Source of the DNA: Vicinamibacterales bacterium
Lineage (GTDB): Bacteria > Acidobacteriota > Vicinamibacteria > Vicinamibacterales > UBA823
Assembly (NCBI GenBank): GCA_036012125.1
Contig: DASCOS010000004.1
Coordinates: 154,094-218,093 of the forward strand
DNA length: 64,000 nt
Direction of reading: 5' to 3'
In this document: positions 18,072-27,731 of the stretch, piece by piece
Position numbering within the stretch: the stretch's first letter is position 1
Layout of the letters: each line of letters opens with the position of its first letter
Position numbers and translations under genes: made by a program
The notes under the pieces: generated by a model
Told to the model about the DNA's origin: nothing
Database searches by the model: none
The model's input: only the letters and a program-made list of their open reading frames with translations

Positions 18072-19424
18072 ATGACGATTCCGGCCACCCTGCGACGCAC
18101 TCTCGGCAAATGGGACCTAGTGGCGATTGGTGTCAACCAGGTGATCGGCAGCGGCATCTTCCTGCTTCCGTCTCGCGTCACCGCGGAGCTCAATGCCTGG
18201 AGTGTTTTGGCCTTTATCTTAGCTGGCATAGCATCATTGCTCATCGCTCTCTGCTTTGCTGAGGTGGCTAGTCGTTTTGAGATCACGGGCGGACCCTACG
18301 TCTACACTCGCGCGGCGTTTGGCCGCCTCGTCGGGTTCGAAGTGGGTTGGATGCAGTGGGTGACACGGATCACAAGTTGGGCGGGCGTTGCCAATGGTAT
18401 TCCACTAGCGCTGGGATTCTACATTCCGGCGATGACCAGTGGTGTACCGCACGCGCTCTTTATCGTTGGGCTCTTCAGTCTGCTCGCGTATATCAATTTA
18501 TTGGGGGTGCGACAGAGCGCGTGGGCCATCAATTTTTTTACTATCAGCAAGCTGCTGCCGTTGGGAGTGTTCATCTTGGTTGGCCTGTTCTTCTTGAAGG
18601 CCGAGCCGTTCATGACTTACGCCCCAGTGTCGTGGCCTCAGGCTTCGGCTGCCGGCTTACTACTGATCTTCGCGTTTGGCGGTTTTGACGTCGTGACTGT
18701 CCCGGCGGGTGAAGCATCGAATCCACGCGGGCAGGTACCATTTGCCATGGTTACGACGATCATCACAGTTACTTTGGTTATGTTGTTGGCGCAAGTAGTA
18801 GCGATGGGGACCTTACCTGGGCTGAGCACATCCGCGACCCCTCTAGCTGACGCGGCTTTCGTCTTCTTAGGCGCTGGTGGTGCATTGATGATCGGACTTG
18901 GGTCAGTTGTATCGATGACAGGCAATAACGCCGGCCAGGTGCTCACCTCGTCTCGGATGCTGTTCGCCTTAGCCGAACACGGCGAGCTACCACCGCAGGT
19001 TGCGTATGTACACCCTCGCTATCGCACACCGTCAGTCTCGATTCTGGTCTCCACGGGGATTGCTATGACGCTGGCACTATCGGGCTCGTTCGTGGCGCTG
19101 GCAACGGCCAGTGCGGTAGCTAGGCTCATTACCTATACGGGGGTGGCGGCCGCCACCCTGCGTCTACGACGCCAGGAATTTCAGGGGAGTGTTCGTTCGC
19201 CGACTTTCCGCACACCGGTAGGCCCACTTGTCCCCGTCCTTGCCATTGTGGTGTCACTTGTAATTCTCGTTGGCGCATCGCGCGAACAGTTGATGGGTGG
19301 TGCTTTAGCGTTGGCCGTAGGGATGATTGTGTTCTTGTGGAACGACCGTATTAACGGCGGGCCGGGCGCACAGCAGACGGTATCTCACGAATCAGCGGTA
19401 ACGTGGAATCGTGGCTCGGAGTAA
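18072..19424 (+). CDS. APC-family amino acid permease
   Basis: 450 aa, about 12 TM segments, N-terminal LGKWDLVAIGVNQVIGSGIFLLP. Likely co-functional with the preceding dpaL-like gene. Confidence 0.85.
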   Translation: MTIPATLRRTLGKWDLVAIGVNQVIGSGIFLLPSRVTAELNAWSVLAFILAGIASLLIALCFAEVASRFEITGGPYVYTRAAFGRLVGFEVGWMQWVTRITSWAGVANGIPLALGFYIPAMTSGVPHALFIVGLFSLLAYINLLGVRQSAWAINFFTISKLLPLGVFILVGLFFLKAEPFMTYAPVSWPQASAAGLLLIFAFGGFDVVTVPAGEASNPRGQVPFAMVTTIITVTLVMLLAQVVAMGTLPGLSTSATPLADAAFVFLGAGGALMIGLGSVVSMTGNNAGQVLTSSRMLFALAEHGELPPQVAYVHPRYRTPSVSILVSTGIAMTLALSGSFVALATASAVARLITYTGVAAATLRLRRQEFQGSVRSPTFRTPVGPLVPVLAIVVSLVILVGASREQLMGGALALAVGMIVFLWNDRINGGPGAQQTVSHESAVTWNRGSE

Positions 19425-19461
19425 TCTCGTAAGTGGGAAGAGTTGTGTTGGAGGTAACTAG

Positions 19462-20001
19462 ATGATTTTCGTACTACGCTGTGTGTCCGTTGTGTGTTTA
19501 GTGGTCGTGGCTATGCCTTCGCCAGCCAGTGCCCAGGAAGCGATTTTTGTCGTCCGGCATGCCGAGCGTGTTGATGGATCGCCCGATGCGGCGCTGTCGG
19601 TGGAAGGTGAAGCGCGGGCGGAGATATTAGCTCGGCATCTGAGGGATGTTGGAATCGACGCTATCTACTCGACGACCTACCAGCGCACCCTTGGCACCGC
19701 TGCGCCGCTGGCTGAGGTGCTCGGCCTTGAGATACAGACCGGGCCGACCCATGACATAAGCACGATGATGAATTCAGACCCAGCCGTGAGCCGATACGTT
19801 GAAAGTCTTGCTGCGCAACTGGATGTCCAGCATGGCGCAGACCATGTTCTCGTGGTTGGACATTCGAACACGGTGCCGGCCTTACTCACTGCACTTGGTC
19901 ATCCGGAAGCGGTTCCGATCGGCAGCGACGAATACGACAATTTATTCATCGTAGTACCCCGGGAGCAAGGCTCCCCAACCGTAATTCGCATCCGTTTCTG
20001 A
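19462..20001 (+). CDS. Secreted histidine-phosphatase-family protein (SixA/PGAM-like)
   Basis: 179 aa. Signal peptide ...PSPASAQE, RHAER catalytic-His motif, and a second His in VVGHSNTV. Confidence 0.7.
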   Translation: MIFVLRCVSVVCLVVVAMPSPASAQEAIFVVRHAERVDGSPDAALSVEGEARAEILARHLRDVGIDAIYSTTYQRTLGTAAPLAEVLGLEIQTGPTHDISTMMNSDPAVSRYVESLAAQLDVQHGADHVLVVGHSNTVPALLTALGHPEAVPIGSDEYDNLFIVVPREQGSPTVIRIRF

Positions 20002-20082
20002 ACTCAGTCGGCGAGGAGGCTTACCCACCCACCCTACAGTCACTCAGTGTGCCTGGCGCTCGTTAGGGTCAGCACCAGTTTT

Positions 20083-20760
20083 CTACACAAAGCTAATGAA
20101 CTCTTCGAGTGATTTTTTCGTGATCTCGGGGACCTTGGCGTCACTGGCCGGATAGCCCACCACAAGTAACAGAAACGGCCGCTCGTGCGACGGACGGCCA
20201 AGGATCTCGTTCAAGAAACCCATCGGGCTCGGTGTATGCGTGAGCGATACCAGTCCGGCGTGATGTAGTGCGGTAATGAGCATTCCGGTTGCGATTCCTA
20301 CTGATTCCTGAACGTAGTAGTGCTTCACCTTGCGGCCATCAGGCAATACTCCGTAGGTTTCACCGAAAATGGCTATCAGAATGGGTGCTGTTTCCAAGAA
20401 TGGCTTCTGGTAGTCGGTGCCCAACGGGGCAAGGGCTTCCAGCCACTCCTGAGGCGCACGTCCACCGTAAAAGGCGCGCTCCTCTTCCTCCGCACTTTTC
20501 CGGATTTGGCTCTTCACGGCCGGGTCTGAGACAACAACGAAATGCCACGGCTGTAGGTTTGCCCCGCTAGGCGCTGTGCCCGCAGCACGGAGACAGTTCT
20601 CGATAACTTGTCGATCCACTGGACGATCAGAATACTCACGTACTGTTCGTCGCCGCCTGACGTCATCGTAGAATTCTTGGGCGCGGGAGCGCATCTCAGG
20701 CTCTGGGGTTTCGCGATAGTGGGTGAGCGGGAGAAACGTTGGAGTCGTCTTCTTCGTCAT
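20083..20760 (-). CDS. Nitroreductase-superfamily flavoprotein, iodotyrosine deiodinase (IYD)-like
   Basis: 225 aa. [35 protein letters not shown] and [14 protein letters not shown]...KHYYVQES...GLVSLTHTP are collinear with my recollection of animal/bacterial IYD. Confidence 0.7.
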   Translation of the reverse strand: MTKKTTPTFLPLTHYRETPEPEMRSRAQEFYDDVRRRRTVREYSDRPVDRQVIENCLRAAGTAPSGANLQPWHFVVVSDPAVKSQIRKSAEEEERAFYGGRAPQEWLEALAPLGTDYQKPFLETAPILIAIFGETYGVLPDGRKVKHYYVQESVGIATGMLITALHHAGLVSLTHTPSPMGFLNEILGRPSHERPFLLLVVGYPASDAKVPEITKKSLEEFISFV

Positions 20761-20809
20761 TGTTCAATCTTTCCACGAAATGCGGGAGCCGGGGTAAGAT
20801 CATTCGCCG

Positions 20810-21766
20810 ATGATGAACACACCCCAAACAAAACACTTTGCAATTCTTGGATCGGGAGCCGTAGGTGGCTACTACGGCGCAAAACTGACACGAGTCGGGC
20901 ACCGCGTGAGTTTTCTCGCTCGTGGTGCTCATCTTGCGGCTATGCGTGAAGGCGGCCTGCAGATTCGTAGCCCTTTAGGCGACTTCACAGTGCCGGTTGA
21001 GGCCACCGACGATCCATCACTGGTTGGTTCGGTCGACGTGGTCCTCTTCACCGTAAAGAGCTATGACAACGACACGGCACTGCCGATGCTCGTGCCGCTT
21101 GTCGGAGACCGAACGGTCGTGCTCACACTGCAAAATGGTATCGACAGTGCGGATGAGGTCGCTGCAGTTGTGGGCGAATCCCATGTTCTTGGTGGAGCAA
21201 CATATATCGCTACCGGACTCGCCCAACCTGGACTCATTGAGCAAACTGGGACACACCGGAAAATCGTTTTTGGCGAAGTGTTCGGCCAACGGTCGCGCGT
21301 GTCGGACCGTGTGGTAGCCCTTGGGCGCCTTATGGAGCCTGCTGACATCGAGGTCGAGACAGTGGTTGATGCGCGACAACAGTTGTGGGAAAAACTCATC
21401 TACCTTTGTCCCTTTGCGGCTTTCACCGGCGCGGCGCGGTCACCGATTGGAGTGTTGTGGAACGATTTGGACACACAGGCGCGTTTCATGGCGGCTGTCG
21501 CCGAGGTTGAGGCTGTAGCGCGGGCCGAAGGTGTGAATGTGAGTGCAACGGTCACAGAGGAGGTTCGTGAATATATGGATTCACTCCCACCGGAGACTCG
21601 CTCGTCAATGCTTATCGACCTATCCCAAGGCAAGCGGATCGAACTAGAAGCGCTTCAGGGGACGATCGTCCGCCGGGGTCAAGCTTTGGGTATCGCGACG
21701 CCAATCATCGCGGCACTGTATGCGGAACTAAGGCCGCATGCCGGAGGAGCTTCGGCATGCGGATGA
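20810..21766 (+). CDS. panE: 2-dehydropantoate 2-reductase (ketopantoate reductase family)
   Basis: 318 aa. N-terminal FAILGSGAVGGYYGAKL Rossmann fold. The C-terminal SMLIDLSQGKRIELEAL block is typical of ApbA/PanE. Confidence 0.8.
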   Translation: MMNTPQTKHFAILGSGAVGGYYGAKLTRVGHRVSFLARGAHLAAMREGGLQIRSPLGDFTVPVEATDDPSLVGSVDVVLFTVKSYDNDTALPMLVPLVGDRTVVLTLQNGIDSADEVAAVVGESHVLGGATYIATGLAQPGLIEQTGTHRKIVFGEVFGQRSRVSDRVVALGRLMEPADIEVETVVDARQQLWEKLIYLCPFAAFTGAARSPIGVLWNDLDTQARFMAAVAEVEAVARAEGVNVSATVTEEVREYMDSLPPETRSSMLIDLSQGKRIELEALQGTIVRRGQALGIATPIIAALYAELRPHAGGASACG

Positions 21767-22550
21767 GCGTGTAGTGGGTATCATTTCCATCGGTTTTATT
21801 CTTGGCTTTCTCATCGGTCTGACTGGCGTCGGTGGCGGTGCCCTGCTCGCTCCAGCACTGTATGCGGTCTTGGGGTTGAGCTACCAGGCAGCTGTTTCCG
21901 TCACTCTCATTTATGCCTCTATCACGAAAGTTTTTGGTGCCGTGCAGCATGTGCGCCAGGGAACGGTGCTCTGGCGGCTTACATTACTCTACGGAGGCCT
22001 AGGGATTCCCGGCGCCATTCTAGGTGCGCGCATTGTCCACTGGACCGACGACTCTATCCAGCAGGTCTTCCCCTTTGTTATGAGCGGCTTGTTGATGCTG
22101 GTGGCCTCGTTGATTATTTGGGAGTCTGGAGAGAGCAGTCCGAGCGGTCGACGAAAGCCGTTTTCACCTTTCAACATCAAAACTCGGGGCGTGCTGGCGG
22201 TCGCTGTGGTGCAGTCCTTTGCCGGAGTTCTGCTTGGAGCGACTTCTGTGGGCGCAGGGAGTATCGTGATTCTCTCCATGCTCTACCTTTTTCGTATGCC
22301 CGCTCAGCAGGTGGTGGGTTCGAACATTGTCATCGCAATTATCATTGGCATTCCCGCTTGGCTTACGCACTTCGCCGTTGTTGGGGTTGACTGGAACCTT
22401 CTGGGATTGCTGGTGGTCGGCTCGGCGGCCGGCTCCGTTCTCGGTGCCAAGTGCACGATGCTTATTCCCGAGCGGCCACTCAAGCGAGTGGTGGCCGGTA
22501 TCATTTATCTCGGTGCGATCGCGACGTTGGTGAAAGCGTGGACGACGTAA
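21738..22550 (+). CDS. TauE/SafE (DUF81) family anion exporter membrane protein
   Basis: 270 aa, multi-TM, with GLTGVGGGALLAP and a repeated half. The start is uncertain because it overlaps the panE end by 29 nt. Confidence 0.75.
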   Translation: MPEELRHADERVVGIISIGFILGFLIGLTGVGGGALLAPALYAVLGLSYQAAVSVTLIYASITKVFGAVQHVRQGTVLWRLTLLYGGLGIPGAILGARIVHWTDDSIQQVFPFVMSGLLMLVASLIIWESGESSPSGRRKPFSPFNIKTRGVLAVAVVQSFAGVLLGATSVGAGSIVILSMLYLFRMPAQQVVGSNIVIAIIIGIPAWLTHFAVVGVDWNLLGLLVVGSAAGSVLGAKCTMLIPERPLKRVVAGIIYLGAIATLVKAWTT

Positions 22551-22653
22551 GAGAGAGCGTGATTCCACTTTTCGATTAAACACCGAAGGCCAATTTAACT
22601 ACTTGGTTCTAGGCACCTCTTGGAGGTTGAAGGGCACCGGGGTGGCTGTGGGG

Positions 22654-22986
22654 TTATGGCGTTCGTGGTCGAGATCCGCGTAATGTGGCGATAGTTGCTC
22701 CGAGGTGGCTTTCCGGTGCGTCTCTAAAGGTATCGACCAGAGGGTGCCGTTCCAAAGTCGCCTGGACAGCGCCTCGTTGTTTGCCTGTACCACGGCCGTG
22801 AATAAGCCTAATTTCCTCAAAACCGGCCTTATACGATTCCCGAACATACTCGTTTACGACAGCGCAGATGTCTCGTGGCTCGAACGGATGGAGGTCGAGA
22901 GTGCCCTCGATCGGCACAGGATGCGCCAGTTTGAGGGCTCCGGGGCGGTCGATGAAATATCTGTCTCCGGAGGTGTTACGTCGCAT
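22654..22986 (-). CDS. Smr-domain protein
   Basis: 110 aa. LDLHPF...EIRLIHGRGTGKQRGAV fits the Smr/MutS2 C-terminal domain pattern. Confidence 0.65.
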   Translation of the reverse strand: MRRNTSGDRYFIDRPGALKLAHPVPIEGTLDLHPFEPRDICAVVNEYVRESYKAGFEEIRLIHGRGTGKQRGAVQATLERHPLVDTFRDAPESHLGATIATLRGSRPRTP

Positions 22987-23362
22987 CAGACCGTTCGCTG
23001 GACGGGTCGTAGATAGTGGTGACCGACGTTGTGATCCCCCCGCGCACCGAGAAATTTCCGACCACCGTCATCCGTCTTGGGTGGCAGGCCGCAACGAGAT
23101 CGTCGAGGATCTGATTGGTCGCCGCTTCGTAAAAAATCCCGCGGTTCCGGTACTCGATGAGATAGTATTTCAGCGCTTTGAGTTCAACACACAGCTTGTC
23201 CGGCACGTAGGTGATCCTGATTTCGCCAAAGTCTGGTAGCCCTGTCTTGGGACATATTGACGTAAACTCTGGACAGTGAATGGCGATTTCGTAATTGCGC
23301 TCAGAGCGTGGGTTAGGAAATGTATCGATCGTGGCAGCTGGCATGTCAAGAGATTTTAGCAT
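22976..23362 (-). CDS. queF: NADPH-dependent 7-cyano-7-deazaguanine (preQ0) reductase
   Basis: 128 aa. The CPEFTSICPKTGLPDFGEIRITYVPDKLCVELKALKYYL motif is diagnostic for type-I QueF. Confidence 0.9.
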   Translation of the reverse strand: MLKSLDMPAATIDTFPNPRSERNYEIAIHCPEFTSICPKTGLPDFGEIRITYVPDKLCVELKALKYYLIEYRNRGIFYEAATNQILDDLVAACHPRRMTVVGNFSVRGGITTSVTTIYDPSSERSDAT

Positions 23363-23521
23363 TGTCGTGCCAGATGGTCCGTGATGGCAAAATCATGTCA
23401 TCATTGACACTGAGAGAACCACAGGCTAGGATGCCACGGTTTTTGGTTTTGGCTGCGACAGTCGCTCGCGCGCGCGACGGTCGTTGGGTGCTCTTCGCGC
23501 GCTTGAGTCAGGGGGACGCCG

Positions 23522-23824
23522 ATGGCCGATGCCCGAAGGATGGGTAAGTCTGAGCTCTTCTCGCATTTTGCGGAAAAGTTCGAGATCAAGCGAGCGCAGG
23601 CTCGTGAGTTTTTTGATGAGTTAAATTCACTCGCTGAGTCTGAACTAAAGCGAGCGAATGAGTTTGTGCTACCTGGGATGTGCAAGTTGGTGGTGCAGAA
23701 CCGGAAGGCCCGACAGGGACGTAATCCCGCCACGGGCGAGACCATCCAGATTCCCGCGAAGACCGTTGTTAAGGCTCGCATTGCGAAGCAGTTGAAAGAC
23801 TCCGTTCTGCCGGGAAAGAAATAA
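23522..23824 (+). CDS. hup: HU/IHF-family nucleoid-associated DNA-binding protein
   Basis: 100 aa. RKARQGRNPATGETIQIPAKTVVKARIAKQLKD is the beta-arm signature. Confidence 0.85.
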   Translation: MADARRMGKSELFSHFAEKFEIKRAQAREFFDELNSLAESELKRANEFVLPGMCKLVVQNRKARQGRNPATGETIQIPAKTVVKARIAKQLKDSVLPGKK

Positions 23825-24063
23825 CCGGGCGAGCGCTAGGATCCACCGCGACCCCCCCCCCATTTCAGCCGCTTTTTAAGGGTCTTGAGCTGGTTGGGGG
23901 CCGCGGCGCACTCGCGTCCTCACTACGTCCAGCCTAGCCTCGACCTTTGTTTGAGCAGCATTGAAACTTGGTCCGGTAGCCCTATCGCATCTGGGTCGGA
24001 CCCCACTGTTTCTGTCGAATGGTTGTGGCTCACAGATCCGACTCCGCTTTGTACTCATCACCC

Positions 24064-24729
24064 ATGAGACAACTTGAGGTGCGGTCCCTCGGCACCGTTG
24101 GCTATTGTGATGCGCTCACGTTGCAACACGCTCTAGTAGAGGAACGACGCCACGGTCGAGTCTCTGACCTGTTGTTGCTACTCGAGCATCCGCATGTCAT
24201 TACGCGCGGCGCTGGCGCGCGCGAGTCCAATGATCATGTCTTAGTCGATCGGTCTGCGCTGGATGCTGAGGCTATCGATATTGTCGATACAGGTCGTGGC
24301 GGCGACGTCACCTATCATGGTCCCGGGCAACTTATTGGTTACCCGATTCTCGACCTCAAGCCCGACCGATGCGACGTGCGGCGCTACGTCCGAGATCTCG
24401 AGGAAGTCATGATCCGCACGGCGGCTGCGTTCGGTATTGTTGCGGGGCGGGTTAACGGTCTCACTGGTGTGTGGGTGGGCGAAGCGAAGCTTGGTGCCAT
24501 TGGTGTCCGGATCTCACGCTGGATCACTAGTCACGGTTTTGCTTTCAATGTCTCTCCAGACCTGTCTCGATTCGAAATGATTGTGCCGTGTGGGATCGTT
24601 GATAAGAGTGTGACGTCGCTTTCTGCACTGCTCGACCAAGAGTTAGTTCTCGCTGATGTTGAAGCTGCGGTCGTGACCAGCTTCAGCGAGGTCTTCGGTC
24701 GAGCGGTCCGCACAACCGCCCTTGTATGA
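24064..24729 (+). CDS. lipB: Octanoyltransferase (lipoyl(octanoyl) transferase)
   Basis: The start is taken at the internal Met (MRQLEVRSLG...). Motifs include LLLLEHPHVIT, RGGDVTYHGPGQLIGYPI, KLGAIGVRISRWITSHG and PCGI. Confidence 0.9.
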   Translation: MRQLEVRSLGTVGYCDALTLQHALVEERRHGRVSDLLLLLEHPHVITRGAGARESNDHVLVDRSALDAEAIDIVDTGRGGDVTYHGPGQLIGYPILDLKPDRCDVRRYVRDLEEVMIRTAAAFGIVAGRVNGLTGVWVGEAKLGAIGVRISRWITSHGFAFNVSPDLSRFEMIVPCGIVDKSVTSLSALLDQELVLADVEAAVVTSFSEVFGRAVRTTALV

Positions 24730-24858
24730 TGATCCAAACGCCGTGAGTTTACTGGTCCGTATACCGTCTGTTATCCAATCTGGCCTCCGAGTGTGCATTA
24801 GTGCCGATGATGGCTAAGATGAGTATAGAGAGAGAGTTGGAGGCTGTAATCTAGTGAA

Positions 24859-25584
24859 ATGACTGACACACCGCAACTGACCGACAAGGTCGCTATCGTC
24901 ACGGGTGGTTCGAGTGGTATCGGCTTGGCCATTGCAGCGGCGTTTCAAGCTTGTGGCGCAAGCGTCATGATCGGCGCACGGGACGAAGCGAGGGTCGAAC
25001 GGGCGATACAGGACCTGTCGATGGGCACGGACCGCGTGTGTGGTGCGGCATTGGATGTACGCGACCCCCGTCAGGTCGAAGACTTTATAACGCAGGCGGT
25101 CAAGCATTTCGGAGGCCTCGATATCCTAATCAACAACGCGGGTGTTGGTGGCTATACGAAGATCGTCGATCAGTCACTGGAGGAATGGCGTAGCATCATC
25201 GACACCAATCTATCCGGTGTCTTTCACTGTTGCCGCTCAGCCATTCCACATCTCAGGCGACGCGGTGGCGGGTTCATTATCAACATTAGTAGTCTTGCAG
25301 GTAAGAACGCGTTTCCCATGGGGGGCGCTTACTGCTCCTCGAAAGCCGCCCTCAATATGTTCAGCGAAGTGTTGATGCAGGAGGTTCGGTACGACGATAT
25401 TCGAGTCAGTTATGTAATGCCTGGTTCGGTGACAACGGCTTTCGACGGAGGACGGGCGCATGCAGGCTCTGAATGGAAGATGACAGCCGAAGACGTTGCT
25501 GAAGTGGTGCTCGATATTGTGTCCATTAATCGGCGGACGCTGGCTAGCAGGGTAGAGATGCGACCTTCGAAGCCCAAGAAATGA
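24859..25584 (+). CDS. Short-chain dehydrogenase/reductase (SDR)
   Basis: 241 aa. TGGSSGIG, NNAG and YCSSKAAL (YxxxK). Confidence 0.85.
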   Translation: MTDTPQLTDKVAIVTGGSSGIGLAIAAAFQACGASVMIGARDEARVERAIQDLSMGTDRVCGAALDVRDPRQVEDFITQAVKHFGGLDILINNAGVGGYTKIVDQSLEEWRSIIDTNLSGVFHCCRSAIPHLRRRGGGFIINISSLAGKNAFPMGGAYCSSKAALNMFSEVLMQEVRYDDIRVSYVMPGSVTTAFDGGRAHAGSEWKMTAEDVAEVVLDIVSINRRTLASRVEMRPSKPKK

Positions 25585-25649
25585 GTTCCTGAGGCACAAC
25601 ATGGACGAACAGGGGGCATTGAGTTATTGCAGTTGACCTCGGTTCCTAG

Positions 25650-26642
25650 TTACTTCAGCCCTGCGTTATAGTTTCGCCCTTCCAATAAAATCTCCGTGAA
25701 CTGCTCAACGTCGATATTAGCACCCGACACAATCGCAACCACGGTTTTACCGACGGGCTTGACTGCGCCTTCAAGCAAAGCGGCCACAGCCGCAATGCCT
25801 GCACCCTCAGCGATCAGTTGCTCATTCGCGACAAGACCGTAGATGCCCCTACGCAATCCCTCCTCACTCACGACAACCGTGTTGTCGACGAGTTTCTTCA
25901 CAAGTGCGAATGTAATTGTGGTTGGGTCTAGATTGCCACTTAGGCCGTCGGCGATTGTCTCGCCAACGGTAATCTCAGTAATCCGACCAGCTTTCAGGCT
26001 GGTACGAAAGGGGTGCGATACTTCGAGTTCGACGCCAACCACCTGTGTCTCGGGTGCCGCTGCCTTGATGGCGATGGCGATTCCGCTCAGGAGTCCGCCC
26101 CCGCCAGTTGGCACCAGAATCGAATGTATGTTCGGGACCTCTTCGAGGATTTCCAGCACGACCGTTCCAGCACCCGCGATGATGTCGGGATGACTATAGG
26201 GAGAGATGTAAGTAGCGCCGCTCTCTATAGCGAATGTCTTGGCTAGCCGTTCCGCATCGTCGTAGGTCGGCGCCGTATCGCGTAGGTCGGCACCGTGGTG
26301 ACGAATTCCATCACGCTTGGTTTTGGGGGCGTCGTTTGAGGTAAACACCGTTAATGCGACGCCGAGGCGCTCAGCTGCCCATGCCATAGCTCGTCCATGG
26401 TTCCCGGCTGATGCCGTCACGACACGCGGTGCCACCGCGTCAGAATGTTCGAGTAGCGACGCGAGTGCGTTGACCGCACCGCGCAGCTTGAAGGAGCCAG
26501 TCGTTTGTAACGATTCGACTTTAAGCAGAATTCGCCCACCGGTTATTTCCGAGAGCCATGGTGATTGGGCCAACGGTGTTCGCCGGATATATTTAACGAT
26601 TCGATTTCTCGCCGCCGTAATGTCATCGAGTGAAATCGACAT
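25650..26642 (-). CDS. Threonine/serine dehydratase (PLP, Trp-synthase beta fold), short catabolic type
   Basis: 330 aa. ESLQTTGSFKLRGAVNAL (PLP Lys), ASAGNHG and GGGGLLSG. Confidence 0.75.
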   Translation of the reverse strand: MSISLDDITAARNRIVKYIRRTPLAQSPWLSEITGGRILLKVESLQTTGSFKLRGAVNALASLLEHSDAVAPRVVTASAGNHGRAMAWAAERLGVALTVFTSNDAPKTKRDGIRHHGADLRDTAPTYDDAERLAKTFAIESGATYISPYSHPDIIAGAGTVVLEILEEVPNIHSILVPTGGGGLLSGIAIAIKAAAPETQVVGVELEVSHPFRTSLKAGRITEITVGETIADGLSGNLDPTTITFALVKKLVDNTVVVSEEGLRRGIYGLVANEQLIAEGAGIAAVAALLEGAVKPVGKTVVAIVSGANIDVEQFTEILLEGRNYNAGLK

Positions 26643-26692
26643 GAAAGTGCCGCAATTCTATACTCTAAAGATGCGCGCGCGCGGAGTGACTT

Positions 26693-27340
26693 ATGCTACT
26701 GGAAAGCCGGACTGTTGAGCCGTTCTTTAAGAACGGGTTCGTGCTGGGATGTGAAACCTCCCAGGAAGGCGTCATCATCGATCCCGGCGATGAAGTAAAT
26801 GATCTATTGGCTATTGTTGAGCGAACCCAGTTGGCTATTAAATACATCCTACTGACTCACGCTCACGTCGACCACGTCACTGGGGTTGCGAAGTGCAAGG
26901 AAATGCTTGATGCTCCAGTCTGTCTGCATCGAGACGACCTGTTTTTGTACAACGGAGCCGTGCAGCAGGGTGCTCTGTTTGGTCTACGGGTCGACCCGCT
27001 GCCTCCGATTGACCACTATTACGACGAGGTCGGTCCCTTCCGCTTTGGCCGGTACGAGGCGGTCGTGCATCACACGCCGGGTCACTGTCCCGGCGGAGTC
27101 TGCCTGCAGGTGGGAGAGGCCGGCACGTCAGGGCAGATGTTGTTTGTTGGCGACACTCTTTTCGCTGGGTCAATTGGCCGGACCGACCTGCCTGGAGGCG
27201 ATCACGCGCTCCTGCTCAGGACGATTAGAGAAGTGTTGCTGCCGTTTGGCGATGAAGCTGAAGTCTACCCAGGTCACGGCCCGAAGACGACCATCGGGCA
27301 CGAACGCCAGACGAATCCATTTCTCGTTAGTAGGACCTGA
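26693..27340 (+). CDS. MBL-fold metallo-hydrolase (glyoxalase II-like)
   Basis: 215 aa. LLTHAHVDHV, HTPGHCPG, GDTLFAGSIGRTDLPGG. Confidence 0.8.
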   Translation: MLLESRTVEPFFKNGFVLGCETSQEGVIIDPGDEVNDLLAIVERTQLAIKYILLTHAHVDHVTGVAKCKEMLDAPVCLHRDDLFLYNGAVQQGALFGLRVDPLPPIDHYYDEVGPFRFGRYEAVVHHTPGHCPGGVCLQVGEAGTSGQMLFVGDTLFAGSIGRTDLPGGDHALLLRTIREVLLPFGDEAEVYPGHGPKTTIGHERQTNPFLVSRT

Positions 27341-27400
27341 CGTTTCTCAGTCTTTAGACTCGTTGTTGATGACTGATTAGTAGTAATAGACCAAGAAGCC

Positions 27401-27718
27401 CTAAGGTGCCGATTCCTCAGATATTGTTAGCTCAACTTGGCCGATGCGCAGCGTGTCACCCGAGGTAAGCATCTTACGTTTAACCTGCTGCTCGTTGACG
27501 AAGGTGCCGTTTGTGCTGTCGAGGTCTTCGACTTCAAGACGGTCGTTCGTGCTGATGAGCCGGCAGTGCAAACGAGATACAAGAGTGCAGTCGAGCGTAA
27601 AGTCTGCTGTTGGGGCGCGGCCGATTGTCTTCATCGCGCCGGGCATGACCCGCAAGGTGGCAGGAGTGGTTGTTGTGATTTCTGACAGCAACTCCACTTT
27701 GACTTTCAGTAACCACAT
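27401..27718 (-). CDS. FHA-domain protein
   Basis: 105 aa. TIGRAPTADFTL...VSRLHCRL...DLDSTNGTFVNEQ are the classic FHA blocks. It lies 13 nt downstream of pntB. Confidence 0.75.
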   Translation of the reverse strand: MWLLKVKVELLSEITTTTPATLRVMPGAMKTIGRAPTADFTLDCTLVSRLHCRLISTNDRLEVEDLDSTNGTFVNEQQVKRKMLTSGDTLRIGQVELTISEESAP

Positions 27719-27731
27719 CGACTGAACCCGC

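Noticed and set aside
23363-23521. Possible preQ1 riboswitch in the queF 5' region
   Set aside because: The minus-strand leader has an A-rich stretch (CCAAAACCAAAAACC). I could not fit the short P1 hairpin plus conserved loop and tail of preQ1-I or preQ1-II by eye, and the region also serves as the divergent hup promoter. It needs an Infernal scan before any call.
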